A DNA stretch of 64,000 nt, from assembly GCF_024521635.1 (NCBI RefSeq), contig NW_026250428.1, forward strand, positions 310,001 through 374,000, written 5' to 3'. Source of the DNA: Tricharina praecox (taxonomy: Eukaryota). This document shows, one piece after another, positions 34,042-44,767 of this stretch; position 1 is the first letter of the stretch, and the number at the start of each line of letters is the position of its first letter. Under the pieces are notes generated by a model. It was given only the letters and a program-made list of their open reading frames with translations. It ran no database searches and was not told the origin of the DNA. A program made the translations under genes and the position numbers.

Positions 34042-36020
34042 ATGTTCCGCCTCAGATTGAAGAAGGAGAAACTCGCCGTCAAGGAATTCGCTCCAGACCT
34101 CACGGAATTGGGGTATGTACTTTTCCTTTCCTGGTGGTTTGGGTTTTGTCGGTCGCATTCGCATCTACCTACGGCGGGTGGTTTCCAGCTCTGGGTTGAG
34201 CTGTGGTAGAGCTTTGGGGGGTGCTGGGAATCGCCATCGTCATAGCCACAGCCACAGCCAGCTCAGCGTCTATGCCTTAACCGATCCCGAGAAAATCCCT
34301 CTAAACCGTTAGGGCTCGGATCCCAGGATGGCGAGCCCGAAGCCCGAATTGGAGGGGGGGATCTCGGGGATATGCGGGGAAAAGGATCGAGTGGCAAGGC
34401 GAGACATGCATAGCTGGAGGGGAGGTGGTGGTGGTGTCGTGGTGGTGTCGTGGGGTTCCCGGGCTAGGATACCTACCGCTAACATGCGGAATTCGCCACA
34501 CGTGCAGAGTCTTCGTCAACGACGCCGACCAGATCCGACAGATCGAGAAGCCGGACGAGCCATGGGAATTCCATGTCCACGGCAAGCATGCCACAATGGA
34601 CATGCACAAGTACAGTGAGCGCATGAATCGGCGTCGCGGAGAGGCGCTAAACGGTAATCTTCCTTCCTCGCCTACATAGCTGTCCTCGAGCTTGTAGGAA
34701 GCTCGGCGGAAGTAGTGAGGAGTGCTGTGCTGATTGCCGTGCTTCTTGTTGCTAGAATGCGTGCGCCACATCGCCCTCGAGCGACTGGCCAAGCTCAACG
34801 TCAACGTGGTGCGCCTCCCCCGCGAAGCCGTCAGCGACCCCTCCGGCATCAAGCACGTCCGCATCCTCGCGTCCTCCGGGCTCTCCGCGGCCACGCGCAT
34901 CCTCTTCATCGCGCCAGACTCGGACAGCAGCGACTTGGGCATCCACTCGTACCGGCACTCGACGAGCGAAACCGTGCGCGAGGGGTGCATGCAGTCGATC
35001 GTCGAGCACGCGCAGGCGTCGGGCTACGACGGCATCGTGATTGCTAATCCGGCGGGAATCTACTGGGATCACCTCTCGCGCTCGGCGATTACCAACCAGA
35101 CGTGGAAGGCCCGCGAGCTCAAGGTCGTGCAGCCGGTTTCCGGCGCCGTGTTGGATCCGGACAGTCAGCGCATCCCCGGCCACGAGAATCCCGAGAACCA
35201 CATCGCGCGCGTCCTCGAGTACGTCAAGGAGCACCTGCGGCCGGAGGCGCAGGTGGATTTCGTCGCTACGGGATACACCTCGTTTGCTCTGCTGCAGGGC
35301 CTCTCGAACGACTTCGCGGCGTGGAAGCTACACGCGCACGCTGGCATCCTGGCTGAATCCGCGCACTCGATCGAGGACTTCAAGGACCACGAGCTCCGTG
35401 AGTTCGTCCGTAAGCGCTGCAGAAACTACATTCTCCACACCGAGGCACTGGGGTCCTACGTCGAGGCGAACTTCCAGCAGGCGGTGAACTGCTACTCCTG
35501 TGGTACGACCACCTACAAATCCAGTGCGGAGATCGTCCCCATCATCGAGAAGAAGATATTCGAGTACTTTGCGCGCGCCTACGAGCTCGATGCGAAAGCC
35601 GCTGGAAATGGAGGCGAGGGGGAGGGTGAGGACGAGGAGATGCTCAACAATCTCATCCCGATCATGATGGGGAAGGAGTATGGTGCTGCGCACAAGGAAT
35701 GGATCAAGGAGCTGGCCAAGCTGGATCTGGGACACGAAACCCCGGGCTGGGAGGTGCCAGGTGCCGAGGTCGTCGAGGAACTGAGGAAAATGGCGGAGGA
35801 GGAGAAGAGCGTGTGGGAGAACTCGGTCAAGGTCGTTGCCAGTGACTCGGTTCCCTCCCCAGCCCGTGAGTCCAGTGCTTCTCCGTCTTTCCACGCACTG
35901 TCTGGCGCTGGAGAGCTCAACGGGAAGGAACAACCCACAGGTGCGTCTACCGCAGCTGATGCAGAGTCCACCTCTGCCCCAGCTGCACCCGCGGAAGAGC
36001 CTGTTTCGAAACAAAACTAG
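34042..36020 (+). CDS. Arb2-domain protein (Argonaute-binding protein 2 / FAM172A-like alpha/beta-hydrolase fold)
   Basis: The spliced N-terminus MFRLRLKKEKLAVKEFAPDLTELG|VFVNDADQIRQIEKPDEPWEF...ERMNRRRGEALN matches the fungal Arb2 pattern (FPADLxxLGYFxN..QIR.I). It also has DLGIHSYR, GIVIANP and IPGHENPENHIARVLEYV. Introns at 34113-34507 (395 bp) and about 34654-34755. Confidence 0.8.
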
Positions 36021-37324
36021 ACGAAATAAACCAATGGAACTGGAACGGCGATGATACTACCTAGATGTTGTGCTATGTTTTTTCTCTTTTCTCGTGTGCA
36101 TCTAGGACTGGATTTTAGTGAGAGAGTGTTTCGGTACGGGTAGGTTCACTGTGGTTTGTAGGAATGAGTCGTGAAATAGTCGTGATATGCTATCACCGTA
36201 TCCCTGATGTGAAGAGAGTGGAATAAGTCTTGGTGTTGAGCATCAGGCTCTCTCTCTCCGTCTTGCTCGACCATCTCCCATCCACAATTTCCCATCTCGA
36301 TTAACACTGCAATCTAGCGCCATCTTTTAGATTATCTTCATCGCTGCCGCCCATGGCCATACTGTTTCCTACCAAATCCGCCGATACTTTTTACCTCGCC
36401 CATCGTGCCCATGCACTCCCACCAGCCCCTCCTTTCATGCCCGGAGTATTTGTTGCTCCCACAATGCCATAGTAGGCGTCAGTCATATTTGGGGTACGAG
36501 GCCCGCCAGCAATTTATGTCACTACATATCATAAAGAAAGTTGCTTAGACAATTCTCAGGCTGCAATTGCAGGCCATGGTGGATGCGGTGGATGTGAGGA
36601 TTGACGAGTTCACGGGGTCTGCGTACGTACGTGAACATCACCAATGAAGCGAGAAGGTACATTCGACCGTAAAACCCGTAAACTAGGCGAAGAGTTCAGA
36701 GGAGAGGTTAAACAGCTATTATAGAGGAGTAGGCCCATATCAGACTTTGCCGTAGTAACCATGTTTTTCTTTTGGCGATCCTGGGCGAATGGGCCGGGGG
36801 AGTACCGTAGCCAGGTAATGCTTTCCAACGGGACAACAAGTGGTGCGGGAGAACTTACACGAGACAGGCTTCAGACTCATTTGGTTGTCCTGGAAGCCTG
36901 GACAGAACCGGCGCATATAGAGGGAATGTAGAGGTGGGGGAGCGGTAAATACACAAAGTAAAATCAACTCGCTGAAAATCTCCATGCCGGACGTAATGCG
37001 GTCCATATCGTCGGTAACTTGCGTCCGTTCGGGACCATGATAAGTTCCATGTATTCTGTCAGTACTCTACTTACTGAGTACTGAGCTCGAATCGACCTCA
37101 AAGATGCGTTGGTTCTTAACCTAGTAGACGTGAAGAAGGATTCACCGACCCGGATGCCGGCAGAATACCTGTCAGTACGAATGAGTAACCACAGTATATA
37201 GTCACGGAATCGATGTGGTCCGTGCATCGTGAGTGACGCAATCTAACCCTAAGTAGTTAGTAGACTGTAAAGCTGTATGCACCCCACACAGCTTCGCTAT
37301 ATACTTCACCTCCATCCAACTTCA

Positions 37325-37490
37325 CTACATACCTCAACTCTCAGCGACAACGATAACACGAGTTACTCACAACATACTCCACACAACTTCGCTATACACG
37401 CATTCAATGACAATGACAGCCTCGATTGTTTAAAACATACCATACACAACTTTGCAACCTCAACCTTTAACGACAGCTACGGCACCTCGT
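37325..37490. repeat. Degenerate 63-bp tandem repeat, about 2.5 copies
   Basis: gacaacgataac (37346), gacaatgacagc (37409) and gacagctacggc (37472) are exactly 63 bp apart, as are acatactccacacaacttcgc (37372) and acataccatacacaactttgc (37435). Confidence 0.75.
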
Positions 37491-37803
37491 GCAGCACGGT
37501 TTGCACGAATGGCTGCTGTCGTGCAGCACCGGTTGCACCACCGGCTGCCCTGCCGTGTCGACATGCCCAACTCCTAAGTAAGTTCTACACTGGTATCGAC
37601 ACCTAAGTATCAAACTGACTGAGTCCACAGCGGTTTGCCTGTCGTTCTTGTCGCTGGCAGGGCAGAACCATGCGATGTCTCCGATGTCGCCCTAGCGAAC
37701 TTCGCCCGTATGGATGAGTCTTCTAGAGTGAGAATTTGTCGAGCCATGAAGATTTACGAAGACCGGCAGTTCGACGAGGAGGAGAAGGAAGGCAAGAATG
37801 GTG

Positions 37804-37993
37804 GGGGACGAGATGTCCCCGGGAGGTGATGGTTTTCTGGGTGTTTTAGACCCTCCGTTTACGTCCACGAATCCCTTACGAAGTGCCTATTCTCTTGGCT
37901 TCTCCACACTGAGATGTCCTCGGGAGGAGGTGATGGTGGGGGACGAGATGTCCCCGGGGAGGTGATGGTGGTGGTAGGGGACGAGATGTCCCC
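37804..37993. repeat. Three identical copies of the 17-bp hairpin GGGGAC-GAGAT-GTCCCC, plus one partial copy
   Basis: Copies at 37804-37820, 37939-37955 and 37977-37993, with partial gagatgtcctc at 37911. The first two are followed by ggaggtgatggt. Confidence 0.85.
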
Positions 37994-38302
37994 AGGAGGA
38001 AGAGATCGAGAACTATCGCACAAGTGGATCCATGACGCAGAGCGCACGAGATCTCGCGGGTACGCAACCTCTCCAAGATACAAATGGGGAGGTTTGAGCT
38101 GGAGCCATGGTACTTCTCGCCCTACCCGGCGGGAGTACACAGAGGAAGACGTTGTCTTCATCTGCGAGTTTTGTCTCAGCTACTACGGCTCGGCGCGGCG
38201 ATTCGAGCGGCACAGGGGGAAATGCCCTCTGCTCATCCCTCCCGGAAACGAAATCTACTACGCATCGCAAATTTCAGCTTCTTCGAGATCGACGGCCGCC
38301 GC
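37993..38302 (+). pseudogene. ESA1: Frameshifted internal fragment of the MYST histone acetyltransferase Esa1
   Basis: Reading across three frameshifts (about 38044, 38131 and 38262) gives QEEEIENYRTSGSMTQSA/HEISRVRNLSKIQMGRFELEPWYFSPYPA/EYTEEDVVFICEFCLSYYGSARRFERHRGKCPLLIPPGNEIYY/ANFSFFEIDGRR. This is the Esa1 RTSGSMTQ motif plus the MYST zinc-finger region. There is no chromodomain or acetyl-CoA-binding core. Confidence 0.9.
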
Positions 38303-38947
38303 CTTTACTATGTTATCTTCACTTTGTACTTAGACTGAGGCTTGCACTTAAACATATCATTGAGGATCTTTCGCCATATTTGCGAGCATGAGATCGACAC
38401 ATACGAGTGACAATCCGTGATTCTGTGGTAGTTCACTACCGAATCGAGATTCTACCTTACTTATCATCCCGTGACTCCTCTACGATGCTCTATGGGATGG
38501 TGCTTAGGTACAATGTAGAATTGGGTTCGCAGGTTTATTATTCCGGTAGATATTCTCTTCAGTTAGTAAAAGTCAACGAACGAGCACGTTGTTTCTTCTG
38601 GTGATCTTCCAAGTCCGATACAATGTTTTACAAGCTCGTTGAAGTTCCGCGAGGTCTAGAATAGGTTCTTGGCATCTGCATTAGGGCTGCAGTGATGGGA
38701 TCCCTCTCCTCCCTCCTCTCCTCCTTCCCTCTCCTTCTTCCCTCTCCTCCTTCCCATATGTTCTCATTCAAGTCCTCCGGCTTGTTTATTCCCCAAACCT
38801 TTCAGCACCGAGTCATCATCTTCGTTTCTCCTACCATATTGTACACTTGACCTGCCACCACGCATAGCCCTTCTGTTTACCTGATCCGCCTGCTTCGATC
38901 CCACCATCGCTGCCCCCCAAGTCTGTTATCATCTTCCATCGATACCT

Positions 38948-39890
38948 ATGTCGACGATTCAAAGTATCGGGAGCCATCCTGGGAGCCATCCTGGGAGCAG
39001 CAGCAGAGCTGGCTCTGCGGTTGACAGCACGGCTCCACTTGCCGGTCATTCGGCCCCTTCCGCTGGCTTTCGATCGCCGGCTGGCACCATCATAGTTCCA
39101 CTCGATCTTCTCGACAAGTTGGATGTCACCCGCTACAATCCAGTCAAAACGTTTGGCAACCCGGCTCCGGTGTAAGCTTGATTCCTATTCTATTGCTGCC
39201 TCGATGGAATGATGAAATGTTGGCTATAACTGATCTATCACTCGCAGAGCGCTGGCCGGACTCGTCATGTGTTTGACGCCTCTGGCTTGTCAGCTCATAG
39301 GATGGGCAAGTGCGGACCCCAGCGGGCATGCCAACAACGGTGCGCACGTCTTCTGCGGCGGACTCCTCCTGCTGATCGGTGGGCTGCTCGAGTTTTTCAT
39401 CGGCAACACATTCTCGTTCGTAGTGTTCTGCTCGTACGGCGGGTTCTTCTTCGCGCTCGGAGCGACGATGATGCCGGTCTTCAACGCCACGCCACCCTAC
39501 CTCATGGAGAACGGGCACTTGAACGCCGACTTCTACAACTCTTTCGGGTTCTTCCATGTCTTCATCGGTGTGCTGAGCCTGCTGTTTTTAATCTGCAGCA
39601 CCCGGATCAATATCGTCCTCGTCATCCTCTTTGCCGCCTACACTGTTGCATTCACCGTCCTGGCCGTGGCGGACTGGCAGCGCGCCGTTCACAACGATTT
39701 GGTGGTGGAGGCCCTCGAGATTACGGCGGGTGCCTCGTGCTTTATCGTCTCGCTGTGCGGATGGTACGCTTTGGCGGAAAGTCTGTTCAAGGTGGTGAAT
39801 CTGCCCGTGACGTTGCCGATGGGTGATCTGAGCGGGATTACGGTGGGTTCAAGAACAAGCAGTAGGGCTAGGACTATGACGATGGATTAG
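38948..39890 (+). CDS. GPR1/FUN34/YaaH (acetate/ammonia transporter) family membrane protein, AlcS-like subgroup
   Basis: Intron 39172-39247 joins FGNPAPV to ALAGLVMCLTPLACQLIGW. It also has GGLLLLIGGLLEFFIGNTFSFVVFCSYGGFF, about six hydrophobic segments and a C-terminal LPMGDLS. Confidence 0.9.
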
Positions 39891-41692
39891 GTGGTATGGT
39901 AAAGACGAACGGTTTTTGGCTGGGTGGTTTGACGATTCCTATCTTATATCCGGGAGACCGCACTCATGGCGGTTATTCATGGAGCAAACACGCGTTTTGT
40001 ATAGAGTAAACGGGGATGGGTGGCATCGGTATTTGTTTTGTTGGAGGGCAGACCCAGATGGTGGAGGAGGGCCTACGTGGTAACCATTCCATCTACACAC
40101 ATCAATATCAGTCCCCGCCGGCGGGTGGCATGTTCTTCATCCAGAAGCGGTTTTTGCGGTTGCGATAAATACCGATGATGAGTTGTCTCGTTCTAGCCCC
40201 TTCTAATGATGGTATTCCAGGCTCATACGCCCGCCACTCGTTAATAGCCCTCCACCGTCACTTCATCGGCACGAAGTGAAATCTTGAGCCTCGCGTGTGA
40301 GGGAGTCCATGAGGATCTCGGCACTCGCCGTGGACCCATAACGCCGCCTCGATGGCTCTGTTACTGTCTCGGGTGCTAAAGAGGCAGTGCCGACTTGGTT
40401 GTGTAGCCAACGCAGCGGCCTTGCGGGAAAACAGGGAGGCAAACTACTCACCGATATCGTCGATACGCTTCTCGTGCCCGAAGCGCCCGGCGAGCGTCGC
40501 CCCTTGAAGTTTGGGATTTGACTTCTGCTCTTCTTCCTCCTACTCACATCGTCAGCTTGCAATCCAGATCGGGATTCGGGAGTGCTCATGGCCAAGAGTC
40601 CTTATTACGGGTGCTCGAGCACGGGACTGGCAGACCGAAGCTTGGGCGATGGAGTGTAGTCGGTAGGGGTGCCGTGACTTTGTGGAGAGGAGTAGAGTCG
40701 GATGTAAGAGGAGGGGGTGCAAAGCGCCGCGTAAACGTAAGCTGTCGAGATCCGAGTTGCGCTGACTGTATGTAGGCGTCGAGTATGGAGGTGGTTGTTT
40801 GTCGATGCCGCAGAAGAACACGAAGAAGAAGAGGCAAAAGATCTGGTTGCCCGTGTTTGATCGGTAATGCGTATTCCCGTCCGATACACCTCCCGGAGCT
40901 TTGTGGAAGTTTGACCGCATCACGACCGCGAAGAAGATAGCCATGGGCCCGGGCTGTTTCTGTCCTCCCTACTACCTCTGTGCGGGTGGAGAAGTCCAGA
41001 AAAGACTTCGCATTGCGACTCCGGGTTGCCACTGTCTCTCCCACCTCGCCATATGTGTTAATGCTGGCGTCGAACGGCGAGCCCAAATCCCCATCACCAC
41101 ACCGGAAATCTCGGAATGCTGTGTTCAGCCCCTCACAGAATCTCGCTCGTCTCGGATCGTCTCGGATTTCGTCACCGTCGATTGTTGGACGACTTGCGTG
41201 GGGAGGCGCTCACATGGATCGAAGGCAATGACGATTAAACAAGAAAGAAACACAACGACGGGCCTCATCGCGAGTTGGTTGCTCCTGAGGATAACGCTGT
41301 CTGTGTTCGCAGGCGTCGTCTTCGTACTCTGTGTCCAGCTGGAACTTCGATCGTCGTGTAACATCGATGACCTGCGGTTTGCGCGAGAGAATTAGGCAAA
41401 CGGTTAGAGTGGTGTGCTTTTGTGGGGAAACTCAAGCGTCAATGGCAATGCCAGACTAGGTAATTAGAGCTCGCAACTTCGTGAGAAGACTGAATGTAGT
41501 CCCCATTCACCCTCATTCATCATGTTTTCTCATATCTTCAACAATCTTCACCAACTCCCCTCCCACCTCTTCTCTCCTACCTTCACCAACCTTCACAGAC
41601 CTTCATCACCTCTCCTAAACCCTTTCGATCGCCAAACATCTCACACCTCAAACCTCACATAAAGCACACACTATCTCAACCAACCATCGACA

Positions 41693-42182
41693 ATGTCGTC
41701 TCAAGAGTTGATTTACTACATGCTCACTGGCGAAAACGTGCAGAAATTCAATCGGGAGCGGGGGATACCATCACTGTAAGTCGTTCCCATCTGGTCTGAC
41801 GACGAACCAAACTGATATCGGTGCGCATAGGAACACCATACCGCGGAGCTAGTAGACTGGGTCCCCCTCCACGACCCCCCGACCACCGTGACGTGGGGGG
41901 AGAAGAAGAAGGACAAGAAGGCCAAGAAAGCCAAGAAGTCGGCCGGAAAGGCGGCCAGGAACGAGAAGATAAAGAAGGTGCGGGATACAATTCAACATAG
42001 CGGATGAGTCGGATAGCTACTGATGTGTCACCCATTAGCTCAAGGAGAAGAAGCGAGAGCTCGAGCAAGAGCTCTAGCTCAAGAACAAGTGGATGGATCT
42101 CCTCCTCGGACGCATCTGCAACATGCCCGAGGGCGAGATGGTGCAGGATCCCGAGCTGGTGTTGCAGAGCTTCTACTTGTGA
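41693..42182 (+). pseudogene. Three-exon small Lys-rich gene with a frameshift and an in-frame TAG
   Basis: ATG follows a long C/A-rich leader. Introns at 41776-41830 (GTAAGT...CTGAT...TAG) and 41978-42038 have clear splice signals. One extra base (for example in the G-run at 41760-41764) is needed to join exon 1 to the KKKDKKAKKAKK frame. Exon 3 has a TAG at 42075-42077 within LKEKKRELEQEL*LKNKWMDLLLGR. Confidence 0.7.
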
Positions 42183-43416
42183 TACTATTAGAATATACCA
42201 TTTTTTTTGCCCCTATATTTGTCTTGATGTGCCGCGCGGGTAGCTCGCCGTGCTGTATTTATGCCGTATCATAAATGACCGAGTGAGCCCAATGCGAACC
42301 CCCATATCTGAGCCCGGCTTCTCTTCGAGATCAACAAAAAAAAACCTACAATCGGTCTCCAAACTTCATCTCACCCAACACCGTATCCCAGATCAAACAT
42401 GGCCTGATAACGAGAATGAGCCTCTTTGCATGTTAACATGGCCCCGTAGAGAAGTAGTATGTATCGTCTACTCGACTTTCGATGAAGCCGGAGGCACGGC
42501 AAGTCCAGCATGGGTGACAGGTATGGCTGCTGGGTCATCCCCTCGTCCGTATGCTCCCCTCTCCTCATCCACTCGTACGATGTGAAAGGTTACCGGTGTC
42601 TAAAGCTTCTGAAGTTTATACCCCAGCAGACGGTGCTCCGGAACAACTTTCGTCACCCACTTCACACGCTATAGCTCATTTTCAAACCTGTTCCATTTTC
42701 CAAGCAGTGAATTGACGTATCGGCTACATACTTCCGGGCTCCATCGAATGGATCTCTCGTTCTAGCTCTTCATCTCTTCCTCTCCTCTTCCTCTCGAGTG
42801 ATATCCACTAAAACTCACTTCTTTCCGATGCGTGGTAGATGTCAGGATCTGATATCTTGAGCTGTGGAGAATTATACCAATGGGCACTTTCCCGGTAAAC
42901 ATGCACGTTTTCCCTCAGGAAACAAATGCGTCATGTTGGTCATTATGCATCACTCGCCTCCATATTTCGCGCAGCTGGCTGTGCCACAGGTAGTTATAAC
43001 CACACATACAGCTCCACATATCCACAGCAGAGAGCTGTTTCCATCCCTCCCATCACGTCTGTAATTCACAGGTCTTCAAAACCTCATCTCTCGATCATAT
43101 GAGCACCATCCGTCGCAGCACCCATACATACCGGTATCCCCTGCACCTGCCGAGTCGACATCCTCGCTACTAGCTGCAACTGAACGCCCGCACGCCCATC
43201 CCATCGATTCGCTTGCATCCTGCAACGCAACGCAACGCACGCATCCCAAAGCCTCACCGGTGCCCGGTCATACCCAGCAGCAGCAGCAGCGCGACGGGAA
43301 CGAAAACACCCGCCTCGAGCAGAGCAGAGCAGAGCAACCCCCCATCGCCAACCTCCCACCTCCCACCACCGCCGATATCGCCACCACTACCGTGATCGCG
43401 ACCCGCGACCGCGACG

Positions 43417-44767
43417 ATGTCGTTACAACCGCATGCGATGCCGCCCAGCAAACTCGGGCTCGGGCTCGGGCCCGGGCTCTCGCCGCAACCGCAACGCGCG
43501 CACTCCGACTCACGGCAAGCTCCTGCCTCGCAGCAGCAGCAGCAGAGTCAGTTCGCGAACATCCTGCCGATAATACCTTCCATGTTCCACGCCGTTGTAG
43601 GCTCTCCCTCCCTCCCTCCCTCCCCCCTCTTTCGTCCAGCGAGTGGGTAGCTGACGGATGAGGGTAAATACTTAGCTATGCCAAACCGCAGACGTCTTCA
43701 ACAGCCCGGCGCGCCACCACGGTCGCTCGATAATCTACACGAACGCGCAGCTGGGCACGTCGGTGCCGGCGCTGCAGGATCGCTTTCATTACGCGTTGGA
43801 TGTGCTAGAAGCCGATATTATGGGCGCGAAGATGGTGATTCATCGGGACTACAGGCGGCGGGTTGCAGAAAGGGAGAAGGCGGAGGCAGAAGCGGAAGCA
43901 GAGGCGGTGGAGGCCGGAAGGCTGGAGGATGGGAATAAGGAGAGCGAGGAGGCGGAGAAGGCGGAGCGTGAGAAGGCTGAGCTGGAGCAGGTTGCGAGGG
44001 AGCAAGCTGAGAGGGAGCAAGGCGCAAGGGAGCAGGCTCTAAGGGAGCAGGCTCTAAGGGAACAGGCTGCGAGGGAGCAGGCCGAGAAAGGGCAACAGGA
44101 GAAGGTGGAGAAGGACAAGGCGCTGCAGGACAAGCTAGACTGGGAGAGGGCCAACAAGGAGAAGGCGGAGAGGAAGCTGAGGGAGAAAGCGGAGAAGGAG
44201 AAGGCCGACAGGGAGGTTGAGGCTGCGGCAGCGGGTGGAAGTGCGGTTCAACAGCAACTACACATCCAGCAGCAATTACAACAACAACAACAGCATCAGA
44301 TACAGATGCAACTACAACAGCAACAGCTTCAACAGCAGCAGCAACAACAGCAGCTACAGCAACAGCAGCTGCTACTACAACGACAACAACAGCAGCGACA
44401 ACAGCATCAACAGCAGCAGCAGCAGCAACAGCATCAACAACAACAGCTGCTGCTACAGCAACAACAACAACTGCAACAACAGCCGGCGCTTGGATTCCCG
44501 AATTTTAGGGCTGGAATGCCGGGGGCGCCGCAGCTGCAGTTCGGACAAGGGCAAGTGGCGGTGCCGCAGCAGCAGCTGTTCGGGCAAGGGCAAATGGCGC
44601 CGCAGCTGCAGTTCGGGCCAGGGCAAGGACCGGTGGGCATCAACGGTAGCAGCGAACCGCAGCAAATCAACGGCGAGGCACGTGTGGGCGAGAACACGGG
44701 GGGAGAAGGGGAGGAAGACGAAGAGATGGTTGACATCAACCGCTTTGATGAGCTATTCGACTTTTAA
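43417..44767 (+). CDS. Coiled-coil/polyQ protein, candidate Mediator tail subunit Med2 (Med29)
   Basis: ATG at 43417 and a phase-0 intron at 43597-43675 join in frame with the 43763..44767 ORF. The helical core MFHAVLCQTADVF...DRFHYALDVLEADIMGAK is followed by an E/K/R coiled coil, a long Q tract and the acidic-aromatic tail DINRFDELFDF. The gene model is solid; the Med2 call is tentative. Confidence 0.6.

Noticed and set aside
40263..41395. Overlapping ORFs on both strands with a possible minus-strand splice acceptor near 41372
   Set aside because: No frame stays open or resembles a known family. Possibly a relic, but unsupported.
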